Assembly (NCBI RefSeq): GCF_006345805.1
Contig: NC_043000.1
Span: 13,888,001 to 13,952,000 of the forward strand
Direction of reading: 5' to 3'
Length of the DNA: 64,000 nucleotides
Source: Octopus sinensis
Taxonomy: Eukaryota
Positions 1-12,043 of this stretch are shown in pieces. How positions within the stretch are numbered: position 1 is the first letter of the stretch; the number at the start of each line of letters is the position of its first letter. Below the pieces are notes generated by a model. It worked only from the letters and a program-made list of their open reading frames with translations, ran no database searches and was not told where the DNA came from. Position numbers and translations under genes: made by a program.

Positions 1-180
1 TGCTGAAAGTAATTTGATATTTAGCAAAAAAAAAAAAAAAAAAGTAAAAGTACATTTGAATTAAGTTGAAGGTTTAATAAACAGAACCAGCTGTTTGTGA
101 TGTGTTTGAAATAAACTGACCTTTTTTTCTACACTTTAAAAAAAAAAAAAAATTGAGTTTTTTTTTTTTTTTACCGTCAG

Positions 181-241
181 AGTCACTACAATATCTGGAA
201 GCATTATATTGGAATGTTAAAAAAAATACCTTAATCATACA
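181..241 (+). CDS. Predicted internal exon of unidentified host gene (xSLQYLEALYWNVKKNTLII, phase 1 to 2)
   Basis: Poly-T tract ending accgtcAG at 180; donor a|GTAAGT at 242; only one of three frames is stop-free. A possible upstream donor aaa|GTAATT at 9 would give ..AEKSLQY.. Signal-based call only. Confidence 0.6.
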
Positions 242-2537
242 GTAAGTTTTTCTTTAAAAAAATAATTTCTTATATGATTTAGAAACTTTTGATTAAAAAC
301 TAAGTAAACATATCTTAAAAGCAGATTCATTGAACTAATTTTATTTCTGTGCTGTTAAAAATGCTATTAACTTGTTTTTTATTTCCTATGCAAAAACAAG
401 TTTGAAAAGAAAGTACCATCATATAGGGTAGTGAGAGAGATAGTAATTTAAAGGCTTCTACACTTGGTTGATAATGTAACCTAGCTGTTACAAATCAGTT
501 TTATACACTCGGCATAAGTTATTGTAGATAAGGTTTAAAACAAAATTTACTTTTCATACATAGACTATTTCTATACCTACATAAGCAAGCACACTTGTGT
601 GAATGAGTGTGTGTGTAATAGTTTCTGACAGTAAAGCAAGGGTTTTATAATCAACATTAAATATAAGTACTTTTGTAAAAATCACGAAAAATCGTTGTTT
701 CATTATTTAGAGTTTTAACAAAAGAGCTATTACACACTCATACACTAGCAGACGAAGTAAATTTTCTGTAAGCTGAGATTGGTTAATTTACTCTAGTATA
801 CAGTTTAGGCACCGTCTTATTTTCATTTAGTATTTGTTTTTCTATATTTGCACGAGGTTAATGATTTTGCTTCGCTTGATTTATCCATTTCTAAGCTGCA
901 CAAACGATGTGTTTAAGTAGATTGAAAATGTTTATAAAGTAGATGCCCTTCTTGATGTTGTGAGGAGGAGATAAATAAAACTGATGATGGCAACAATTGT
1001 TAATAAAACTGAGCAATGAAATAATGCAAATACAGAGAAGTTACACTAATATTATGCAACAATAGTCTGCAGAACATTAGTAATATCTTAAACTGCTGCC
1101 ACATGCAACTATCAGATGCATGTAGATATATGCAGCTATTTAAATGGTTCCCATCTATTTCTTATTAGTTCTTGAAAACATGACATCCTTTTTTTTGTTT
1201 TGTTTTTATGCTTAGTGTTAAGTGGGATGGTCTAAAATTAGTATGGACATTTGTATTTTATTAAAGGGAGTGTTTTTAGAGCCAGATGTTTGTTAAGCTA
1301 GAGCGGCTCCTATTTTTCTATGAGCAAGGCCAATTTAGCAGAGTAATGTGCCTTCCCTGTAGATCATAACACAACGACTGTAATGAGGCTTGAACTCAAG
1401 TATGTTTGACCAGTAATGCAACGCCTTACTTTGGGAAAAATAATCCTAAAAGCTTAGTTTTTGTAAGATCTATCCATTGACTTTACAAAAATCAATTTAT
1501 CAACATTCTCCTATACTTGTCTTGCACTTTATAAAAGTTTAAATTTGCAAATTATTTTGTCAATTCTGACATAATAATTTCAATGTTAGCACCTGTTCCT
1601 TTTACCGGAGCATGTCTTCTGCTGTCAGCTTCAACCTTTTCCATTATATATTAGCATTATAAAAGTTTTCCCTCATTCAAAAAAACTTTTCACCACTAAT
1701 TTTTATGACTTCCTCGTACATCAATCCCTTTTTTTTATATGGTGTGTACCCTGGAATAATAGCATGAATCAAGTCTGTGAATGCATCCAGATAGTTCATT
1801 TACTTGACTAGTTCTCTCAGGAAAGTTATGATGATTATCACAATTCTGTTATCTCTACCCCTTTGATGTCAGTAGGGATGATCACCTGTTGATGAATATC
1901 TTTGCTTGATAAATAGTCATGCAGCTGACTATTATATATCATTGGGCTATTTCTATCAAAGAAATGTGTCTTTTGGTTCCCATGGACTTTTTTCAACTTG
2001 GCTGAGTTTAGTCATTTTCCCAAATTTACATTGCATACTCAGTGGTATGTTTATTCTTCTTCAGCTTTTTCTATTTTCCATGGTTCACTGCCATCCACTA
2101 ATACCTCACTTTTCACAAATACATCTCTTAATAATAAAGTAAATCAGTTGTTTTATGGTTTCACTCAACTTAGAAATCATAACATATGTGATAGAGGCAC
2201 TATATAATAGTTTATTTTCCAAAGCAACTTATTCAAGTGTTTTTTTTCTAAAACTTAATCTCTCTTAATTTGAATTATATCTTCAATATACCACTATTGA
2301 ACTTTATCATCAGTTTCTACTGTTATATAAAATATCATCTCAGTATTTTTGTATTGTTTTTGTGAATTTAATTCCTGATCTGTTTTGTTAAGTTCTTCAT
2401 GACCTACTAAGAAATCTTGTAAATATAAGTTAGATTTCAGAACAAAACAGTATCGTGTCAACATGTTTCTAGTACAACGTTTCATAATTCTTGGAAAATA
2501 TATAAGTTTAGGTACTTAGAGGATATCACTCTATTAA

Positions 2538-2758
2538 CTCTTTAGTATTCAGATTACACTGTTAAATGTAATATATTTTTTATTCAAATTGTTTTGAATT
2601 CATCAAGCATTATCTTATAGCTTTGAGGTTTCAATGATGTGATTGTTTATTTTTAGAATGGCATTGTAGGTTAGGTATGAAAGGCTAGATATGGCCAGTT
2701 TGAATATAAAACATATTGAATATTTGGGCCGGATATGGCCGGTTTAAACACTAAAGGG
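2538..2758. mobile_element. TTAA-flanked (piggyBac-like) MITE, family 1
   Basis: TTAA on both sides; TIR C(C/T)CTTTAG. Related copies at 23446-23630, 23907-24272 and 46083-46297. Confidence 0.8.
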
Positions 2759-4399
2759 TTAAATGTTTAATGGGTGGAGTGATTAACATAAGTAAATAAC
2801 TGCACTGGTCAAGGTATGACTGCTGGAAATTTTGGCAAAATGTTACCAATTTAATCCTCAAATTTTATAAGTTCCAAGCAGTAATCAATAAAGTTTTTGA
2901 AAATATCTTTAGTTTTCAAAACTAAGAGTGGCTAACAGTGGGGAAGGGTGTCCGCCTATTAACATATTTTGAACAAATATATTTTACGTTAAGTATTTAC
3001 ATGAAACCCAGGGAGCCAACTCTTGCTGTAAAATTAAAATATGGCTTTACTGCATGAACAAGTCACAAATAGTTTATTTTGGTATGCACAAAATATTTCT
3101 AAAAGATTAAAAAGTTGTTTAATGTTCACGAAGTGATTTTTATAAATCCGTTTCATCCCACTGAATCTAAGAAAGGGATCTTTCTTCTAGTATCTATTTA
3201 TTTAGAAGTTGACATACCCCCAGTGATAATTAACAAATATAAATCCTTCTTTATATCTGATTATATATTCTGAGACAACTCATTAGTTAATGCCATATAT
3301 AGCTGTCAACAAAGTCAGTATAAAACTTAATTTTTTCTGAAAATAATTTCAAACAGAATACTTTTAAAGTTTCTTGATTAGTTCAGAACACTAATCAACT
3401 GAACACTTATGTCCTACTTATTAGTTGATTTTATAAAATATTAATAATACAGAATAATTGTCTTATTTTTATTTATTTAAATCACAAATAAAATACAGTA
3501 AAATAATTTTTTTTATTAAAAAAAACATAACATTTAAGTATTAGTTTTTAAAGAAATTCCATTATATTTTTCTATAAAGTTTTACAGCCATTTTCCCTAT
3601 GGTAGCTTGTTGCATGTTTTCAGATTTAGATATTTACATAAAATGTTGATTAATGAACTCTATGGATAAATGCTCATCTTAATGCTTTTACCATTCAGTT
3701 AGACAATAAGTACGGTCCCTATATATTTTCCTTTGATTTGGTTGCTTGTCTTAGGTGTAAAATACTATAAGTTTTGATTATAAATATTCAAATATTAAAC
3801 CATACAGCTTCGTCTTTTTATCCTTATTAAAGCATAAGAGAATGTCTTATGGCTGAATTAAATACTTAATTACAATATCTTATATACACACATACAAATT
3901 GGTCAACATCAAGTTGTTTTCTAAATTCTTTTTATGGCATGCAGTGAAACAACTGCTACTTCAGCAACAGTCAAACTGTTACTGAAATATTTCTCGACCC
4001 TAAATACAAAGATGTGTCCCGGTTGACATAGTTTTAGAAAACAAAATCTTGAGAACTCTCTGAAATTATACAGTCCTAACATTTGTTGTGCAGATGAAAA
4101 TTATGAGAACATGAGAAATAGGAGGGGTCGTTGTTCCCTTTTTACTTTTTTTTTCTCTTTAACTGTTTTACATCTATTTTTCCATGCTGTTATGAGTAGA
4201 TAGTTTTTGCTGGAGCATTTGTTATATAGTATCTGGATACTTTTCTAACTGTTAAATATGTACATTTTGAAATTATTAAATATTAACAATTAGCTAATTA
4301 CCCATTGGAGAACTTGATATATCAGCAGAAATGATTATTGACAAACTATTAGTTGTAAAGGTTGCTAGTTTTAGTTTCTGCACGGAAGTACATAAAGTT

Positions 4400-5270
4400 G
4401 TTTTGTAGTCGTTATAAAACACATAGGTTGTAGGTAGAATAACTGTGATCTACAGAATCATTGCTCCTAGCTGAACACTTCGTTGTGTTATTTAATATGC
4501 AATGGTTAATTGTATAGAGGCAACACTTGCAGGCTGGACATGTACTATCTCTATTGTTCAGTCCATTTCTGTAGATACTGGTGTATCCACAACTTAGCAG
4601 GTAAGGGGGATTTAGTTAGTGCATAACAGTTGCTGTTCCACTCTACTTATTTTTAGTGGTATGCATCTGGGGTTAATAAGGGTATTGATAAGGCTGTTAT
4701 TTTTATATGCATTTGTGTGTTGTGTTTTTCTGGGCCTCGGTAGCAGAGATTTGTGGTGATAGCTAGAACATGTGTGATACCCTGTGGATCTGACATTTTG
4801 GTCCCCGAGGAGACAGAGATTTTAGCTGTAGAAAATAATGTTTGTGATTGTTTTCCATGCAGAGGTGTGTAAAATAAGTATTTATGACATAAGGAGAAGT
4901 GAATTTTGTTGTTTTAAGTAAGGCCCTTAATTTGTGTCTACTATTTGTTTATAAACTATTGTCTTATTAGCTATCGTAACTTTCTTAAGGGAGTCTTCTT
5001 TCCATGTTACTCTGATAACATTTAAAATTCTATTGATTCCACATCAAGGAACCTTCTTCTTCTCTACACTGGTGAAGCTAATATTTTGGATTTGTCTACC
5101 TATATTGTTGACCATGTTCTTGATTACTAGCTTAAACATAGATCCCAAGTTGAGATTTCACCTATATATGTAGTCTGCTGGTTCATTTGTAATGACTGCT
5201 ATGTGGTATTCAACCTACTGGAAACAACAGCTAATTCTCTCACAAATTATACATTACTTTCTTGAATAGG
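4400..5270 (-). mobile_element. Decayed Penelope-like element RT C-terminal remnant
   Basis: Minus strand NISFT..E..(frameshift)FLDVE ... VYKQ..T..YL..NS, matching the PLE IxFTxExE..FLDV..VYRKxT pattern; heavily degraded. Confidence 0.45.
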
Positions 5271-5302
5271 TGATTGCAATATTTAGTAAGTAACAACTTT
5301 AA

Positions 5303-5517
5303 CCCTTTCATTACTGTATTTATTTTGAGATGTTCTGTGTTTCTTTCGGTTACTTTGAATATAATAAAGAATTTAGTAAAATAGTTTAGTTATCATTCAG
5401 CTAGTGTTAGGAACATAAATTGTGACTAAGGTTTGGTGTAAGAATTTAATTCAAAACTTATGAAAACATTTGTACTCAGAGCCAGAGCTGGTTTCAGCCA
5501 GGTTGGTAATGAAAGGG
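5303..5517. mobile_element. TTAA-flanked (piggyBac-like) MITE, family 2
   Basis: Perfect 12-bp TIR CCCTTTCATTAC / GTAATGAAAGGG with TTAA on both sides. Confidence 0.85.
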
Positions 5518-5822
5518 TTAAGGTTTGCTTAAACAGGACTGACAAACAGGCTAAACAAAAGACACTTCTGTTGCCCTTCAAAATTAAACAAAATCAGAGA
5601 GATACTCTGAATTTGTATTCATTATATAATATATTCATTATCTTTTTATACATAAAAAATTAACAGCTGATATTATCAGCTGTTAAATTTTAATTAGGGA
5701 AACAGAAATAAATTAAAACATCAAATATGCATTTGTTGTTCATATTACATCAGTGTGGTAAAATATGTAAATATTTCTACAATTATATGTAGTATCTCTA
5801 TTTTCAAGTTATATTTCAGCTC

Positions 5823-6204
5823 AGGTGTGGCTGAGAAGTTTGCTTACTAACTATGTGGTTTTGGGTTCAAACCCTTGGTGATCTTCTATTATAGTCTTGA
5901 GCCAGCCAAAGATCATGAGTGGATTTTGTAAGCAGAAACTGAAAGAAATCCTGTTGTGTGTGTGTGAGCCTCTTTGTCTTGACATTGTTTGTTAGTTGTA
6001 AATGAGTTTCACTGTCATACAAGAGGAGACCTGTTTCCAGTCTATGATGAAAACATATTCAACCAAATAGGGGTTAGGTATTGCTTTGCTTGGAAACAGG
6101 TGAGGGTTGTTGACAGGAAAAGCATCCAGCTGTAGAAAATCCACTTCAGTGAATTCTGTCAACCCATGCAAGTGTAGAGAAGTGGATATTGAAATGATGA
6201 TGAT
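5823..6204 (+). mobile_element. SINE family A head with alternative body and RTE-type (GAT)n tail
   Basis: Family A head, (TG)n hinge, then ..CTTGGAAACAGGTGAGGGTT..GCATCCAGCTGTAGAAAA..CCCATGCAAG..ATGATGATGAT. Confidence 0.8.
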
Positions 6205-6257
6205 ATGTGTTTAGTTAAGCGTATGTATATATGCATGTGCATAATTTTTATGTTTGT

Positions 6258-6678
6258 TTACATTTACATCAGTCATTATATTGCAGCCATACTGGAGCAC
6301 TGCCTTGACAGGTTTACTCAAAGACCTCAATCTCAGTACTTGTTTTTAAGTCTGGTGCTTACTCTGTTGGTGTCTTTTGCCAAACTGTCAAGTTATGGGG
6401 ATGTAAACAAACCAACACTAGTTAATCACACACACACACACACACAACAAACACAACATATACACACATACACATACATACACACACAACATACACACAC
6501 ATGCATTTGTGTATGTATGATGGGCTTCTACACAGTTTCTGTCTACTGAACTCATTCACAAGGCATTGGTCAGCCCAGGGCTACAGTAAAAGATACTTGC
6601 CCATGGTGCTGTGCAGTGTGACTGAACCCAAAACTATGTGATTGCAAAGCAAGCTTTTTAACCACATAGCTATGCATG
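6258..6678 (-). mobile_element. SINE family A, CR1-type tail, expanded (CA)n hinge
   Basis: Same modules in reverse orientation. Confidence 0.8.
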
Positions 6679-7094
6679 GCTATCTGTTGATAGCATTGCA
6701 TTTATATCTTTTATTCTTGATACTTTTCCCATTTTGTAATATTATAACCATAGTCCTGAATTTTAGGATTCTTCCATTTAACTTAGACTTGATAAGTCTG
6801 TAAGCAACCACATCATTCTGATTTTCATTTTAGGTCTGTATAGTACCTTGCACTGTGTTCCAAGATACATAGAAAAAAGTTCTAATTCTATTCGTCCAAA
6901 CTTCAGCCGGGGCTGCACATTGCTAGTTTGAACTTTCTTGTCTCAACAATAACTTTAGATTAATCTGTTTTGGATTGCTTATATCTGTATCATTTCATTC
7001 ACTGCTGAACTTTCCACTATCTTCTAGGTGTTTTATATAGCTCTATTCTAATTACTTTTATTTTGATATCTGAATCACTTTGCACTTGATTTGC

Positions 7095-7363
7095 TACATT
7101 ATTTACATTTGACGGATATTTGTCCTCATTTTGTTTGTTGTTAACATGTTTTGGCTGATATACCCTCCAGCCTTCTTCAGGTGTCTTGGTGAAATTTCAA
7201 ACCTAGGTTCTCATTCCTAAGGTATTTTTCAATGTTGTTGTTGTTGTTGTTATTATTATTATTATTCAGATCACCTGATGAAGGCTGGGGGGTATATCAG
7301 CCGAAACATTGTGTTAACAACAAACAAGATGAGGACAAATATCCGTCAGATGTAAATAATGTA
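7095..7363. mobile_element. Penelope-type terminal repeat as an inverted pair (arms 7095-7186 and 7268-7363)
   Basis: Two about 92-96 bp arms are reverse complements, separated by an 81-bp spacer ending in (GTT)n(ATT)n; each arm carries a hammerhead-like motif. Confidence 0.75.
7272..7315 (+). ncRNA. Minimal type I hammerhead ribozyme motif (Penelope-type), probably impaired
   Basis: CAC-CTGATGA-A-GGCTG(gggggtatat)CAGCC-GAA-ACAT-T-GTG: intact core boxes, 5-bp helix II, 3-bp CAC/GTG helix I. Helix III reads ACAT where a self-complementary ACGT would be expected. Confidence 0.6.
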
Positions 7364-7642
7364 CATAATTCCGCATCTCTTAAATATAGAACTGTACTTG
7401 ATTTGCTATCGTTTATTATCATCCCCTAATTTAACACTTCAGTCTCATTGCATCCAGTATTGTATGCTTGCTTTTCTGATGCTTCTTAGTTCTGATAATA
7501 CATCCTTCAAGTTCATATTATCCTTGAAACACAGAAACAAGCTTAATGCATCTATGCACACATACACACACACTCACATCACAACCATTTGTATGCATAA
7601 TAAAATCTATCTAAACTCCGTACCCATAAAGGAGCCTTTAAT

Positions 7643-8131
7643 CAGGGGTTCTCAACCATTTTCTCTCTATGGACCCATTTGATTATTTTATTCTGGTGGA
7701 CCCCTATTGCCATTCAATACTTAAAAACTAGTTTTATAGAAACTTCCTTCAAAATTCCTATTTTGTTTTTCACACATTCTCTTGTGTAGGTTGAGCTATG
7801 TAAAATGTTTGAGAAAGAAACCTAACAAGTTCTTGCAATACATACCACTACATCTAAAGCAAAACTTCTTTGTGGGGTCCTTAAAATACTATTGTGGGTC
7901 CCCAGTTAACTATTTTATTGTGCATTCGCTGCTGGAATAGGGAATGGTTGGAGATCACGTGCTCGGTAGCCACAAATCGCCAGGCCTGGTCGGCATTTGT
8001 GAGAGATGCAGCATTGAGGATGCATGAAGCCAGATCAACCCACCCTGGGTGAATGCTGCTCAAGTCAAGTCAAGTCAAATGTGTATGTATGTCCCTGCAA
8101 ATCTTATATGGGCCCTGGTTGAGAACCAATG
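7643..8131. mobile_element. hAT-type MITE
   Basis: TIRs CAGGGGTTCTCAACC / GGTTGAGAACCAATG (13/15); TSD degenerate. Confidence 0.7.
7923..8078 (+). mobile_element. 5'-truncated RTE-1-like LINE end with (CAAGT)n tail, nested in a hAT MITE
   Basis: NREWL..ATNRQAWSAFVRDA..EARSTHPG* then ATGCTGCT(CAAGT)3; matches the recalled RTE ending 'STRPG*MP.QVQV'. Confidence 0.7.
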
Positions 8132-8667
8132 CTTTACATGGTCACTCAAACTGCTAGAAAAAAATAAGCAGCCAAATTTCCCTCACACTGTAGCCTACTA
8201 GCTAAAAACATGAAGGCCAAATGGAATTATGTGCTCTTAGATATACTATGTCTCAAAATTCATACAGGCTGGTCATGGCTATAATGCCTTTGATCATAGC
8301 TCTGCTTGATTAAGTATGTCCTAGAGCTATATATGTCCTTGTGTATATGAGGAACACTATATCAATACAGTCTTTATGAACTCACCCATGTCATGTTCAG
8401 TCATCTCTAAAACATGTTTAGCAATTTCAGTGTCCAGAGATGCTACAAGAATATCATCTTAAATGTTTTATCTTCCTTAACTCAATCAAATAAGTATGCC
8501 TACTCGGCAAAATGCTCGTAACATTTGTTGCTTCACTAAGTTGAAACTCTAAGCTTGGTTACCACTTCTAATAAATACTAGGGATATTACTTAGCAACTG
8601 AGTAGACTTTACCTCTGCCACACTTGTGTATGAAATGTTTTATCATATAACAGATTCAGATTTAACA

Positions 8668-9082
8668 AGGTGCAGGTGTGGGCTGTGTGGTTAAGAAGCT
8701 TGCTTCCCAACCATGTAGTCTTGGGTTCAGTCCCACTGTGTGTTACCATGGGTAAGTGTCCTCTACTATATTTCCTGGCCAACCAATGCCTTATGTGTGG
8801 ATTTTGTAGCTGGAAACTTGGAGAAGCCCACTGTGTGTGTATATGAGAGAGAGAGAGATATACACACACGTATATGTGTGTGTGTACTCTTTATTTAGAG
8901 TTTAAATGAGCAACATTGTCATGCAAATGATGTTATTCATTTCCAGTTTTCTGTAAAAAAAAAAAAATGTCAGTTCCTAGGGAAATATTACCTTGCTTGG
9001 AAACAGGTTAGGCATCTGGCCATAGAAAACTGTCTTAACAAATTCTGACTGACAGATGCAAGCATAGTAAAGTGGAAGTTAA
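8668..9082 (+). mobile_element. SINE family A head, RTE-type tail variant
   Basis: Same head and the same post-hinge module as 5823-6204. Confidence 0.8.
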
Positions 9083-10239
9083 TATATATGTAAAGAAGTG
9101 TACTGTGTGGTCCCAGATCAAATTAAATGAAAGCATACCTAAGTGATAAAAATTTGTAATATCAGTTACTCTTTTACCATCATCACATTTGTCTTATCTC
9201 TGAGTCTATATGAATTACATTTTACTCAATTCATTTTCATTCTAATTGCAACTTTCTATAAATATTCTACTTTTCCATGTATTTTACCAGTCTGTTAAGC
9301 TGCAACACTCTCTATTAACATTGTGTAACTCTTACTCTGTCACTCCTACTTTTTATTCTGTTCCTTATCTTCCTCAAATTAACAAATTAAAAAGTTAATA
9401 ACTGCATGCTTACCAGGAAACAGGATAGACAATAAGTTACGAATAACTGTCAAGTGTGAATTAATTGACATATACAAGTGATTAGTGATCTCCAGATAAG
9501 AGCTAGTATGGCTTAAAGACACAAGGCAAACTAGTGAAGGAAGTTGTATCTGAAAAATACTTCTGTCATGTATGAGTTCAAGGAAGTACTAGATGACACC
9601 TGATAGAGGAGAAGATAGTAAACAATGGGTACTGCTGCAAGCCACCAGCAGATCCGCTGATGGATCAAAGTTTGAACTGGACAGAGAATGTCATGAAGAG
9701 GGAAATAGTATAGTAGTCATAAAGATTAGAAGGCATGCCTGGAAAGAATAGAAGAACGGTGAGGAACAATGAATGATATCAGGTAGCTCTAGCTACCCAA
9801 TAGTGTTCATTATTCACTACCTTTCTTCAAGACATTGAGCAGTGATTTGCCAATGTTCTGAACCAAGGTGATAAGCAGAGAGTGTATCGGCATTTACCTT
9901 GAGTGATGCTAGGAATAAAGAGATATGGAAATGCTACTACCAGAGATTTCTGAATGAGAAAAAAAATGTGTTAGAGAGCGAGATTTGTTCCTGATAGACC
10001 CAACAGAAGAGTGAGCTATTGAGGTATATAGCTATACAGATGAAAGAGGAATAGTTGTGTAGATGTTGAGAATATCTGGCAGAATAGGCCACACATTAGT
10101 CACTCACATAATCTATCAGGTGATACAGGAAGTAATCTCAAATGACTGGTATAGTAATATGATTGTCAACTAATATAGAAACAAAGAAAACTTTATAAAA
10201 AGGAGTAAATATACAAGGCATCAAATTAATAGGCAAAGG

Positions 10240-10460
10240 ATTGAATGTGCAAGGTAGTGTCCCTCAGTGTTTGGCCATCAGCCCTTTCTCTTTATAATAA
10301 TTCTCTAGGCTAATACAGAAATAAAATACAAAGCTGGCTGACAGTTGAAGTGTTGCAGAATAGTTCCAAACCTGAAGCAGGCCTTAGAATTGCAAGAACA
10401 AAATGTTCATCTACCATCAACAAAAGTTTTAGTTAGCAGAAGAGAGCACAGAACTCTACT
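10240..10460 (+). mobile_element. Highly decayed RTE RT fragment
   Basis: SPFLFIIIL and TKVLVSRR remnants colinear with the RTE copies at 14.5 and 51.5 kb. Confidence 0.55.
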
Positions 10461-11013
10461 ATCACATGGAAAACAATCAATCTTGATTTTTAGAAAAGGA
10501 GTAAATATGAATTCTAAAGTGTATACCCACTATAAACTATAGATCCTCAAAAGTGTGGTGAGATTTTAGGTAGGTTTTTAGAGAACTTTTATATGTTGCA
10601 GATGTAGTTAGCAGTGAGATCTCATATGAAGTGAAATCTATAATTCACTGACTATAAAACATCTACATGTAAGAATTACAGAACATAAATGAGTAAAGAT
10701 ACTCTGATGCTCATTTTTTAATGAGTATCAGAGGAAATTAGCTGTAGTGTGTAAGAGAAAAAACTGCACTGGTACAGGTACTTTGTACATGAAGGAGGAC
10801 AGATGTATGAAGAAAAGTGAAGGAACTTTCAGAAAAGGAAGGGTAAGGGTGAAATGGTGAATTTTGATATCTGGATGCTCAATTATTTCTAACAAGTTAC
10901 AAATTGTTGCTTTTCTAGAGATTAGTCATCAAACCCATGCCAATTTGTAAAAATTGATGTTTGTGAAATAGCAAGGTCCTTATATATCTTCTATATTACG
11001 TATATTTCTACAG

Positions 11014-11073
11014 AGAACAATAGATATTTTTGCTGTACTATTGTTTATGGTGAAAAGCTCACCTTTCTCACAG
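11014..11073 (+). CDS. Predicted internal exon (RTIDIFAVLLFMVKSSPFSQ, phase 0 to 0)
   Basis: Acceptor tatatttctacAG, donor cag|GTAACC. Two frames are open; phase 0 was chosen because it joins in frame to the exon at 19959. Confidence 0.5.
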
Positions 11074-11633
11074 GTAACCCCATATTAATGATTATTTCTA
11101 AACTCAAAGTACCACATTGTTTTTCGGATCCAATAACGAGTACCACCAAATCATATTAGTATATCATTTCCATTTTTGTTTTCTCGATTAAATTCCATAG
11201 TGTAATATAGTGGAGCAGATTTGGAATTAGATTCCTTACATTAGTTTTCAATATAAACTTTGTAAGCATTTTCAATAACCAGGCTTGTTTTGTATAATTA
11301 TAGACAGTTGTCATAAAACTTGAATATTTTTTCTTCTTCTTTTTAAAGCAACCTTCATCTTATAAAGAAACTCCCTGTTTCCAAATGTGCTTACCAGTTT
11401 GTTGCTTTCTGAGTTCACCAACTTCACAGTAGGTATTCTGTAGTGTTTCTTTTTCATTTTTGAAGGTATACTTCCAAAGACTACATAAACAGCTGTATAT
11501 TGAAATCATGGACTAAATTATATACATTCTCTTAATATTCAAGTTTTGTAACATTTCTTGTTGCTTCATTATGTGTTGGATAAATCTTACAGAGTAAACT
11601 TATCTGGTGACTGAAAGATGCAAGCGTGGTTAT

Positions 11634-12043
11634 AGGCACAGATTTGGCTGTGTGGTTAAGAAGTTTGCTTCCCAACCACATGGTCTTGTGTTCAGTCTCA
11701 CAACATGGCACCTTGGGCAAATTTCTTCTACTACAGCCTCAGGTTGACCAAAGCCATATGAATGGATTTGGTAGACAAAGACTGAAATAAACCTGTTGTG
11801 TGTGTGTTTGCTTGTTTGTGTCACCCTGTTTTGACATTGCCTGGTTGTTGTAAATGAGTGTCACTGTTATACAAGCAGTGTCATTTATTTCCAATATTCT
11901 GCAAAAATATGTCTGGCCATGGGGAAATATTGCCTTGCTTGAAAAGAGATAGGTTTGGTTGCATAAAGGGCATCTGGCTGTAGAAAATCTGTCTTCCATA
12001 CAAGCATGGAAAATTTGGCATAAAAATGATTATAATGATAATG
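11634..12043 (+). mobile_element. SINE family A head, RTE-type tail variant
   Basis: Head, hinge, AAGGGCATCTGGCTGTAGAAAA, CAAGCATGGAAAA tail. Confidence 0.82.

Noticed and set aside
1560-2490. Coding-like decayed sequence on the minus strand
   Set aside because: Probably old retroelement debris, but no motif is clear enough to assign a clade.
3218-3269. Minus-strand exon-like segment (YIIRYKEGFIFVNYHW)
   Set aside because: No partner exons on that strand and a weak pyrimidine tract.
3945-4030. Open, coding-looking stretch after a CAG acceptor
   Set aside because: No credible donor in a compatible phase.
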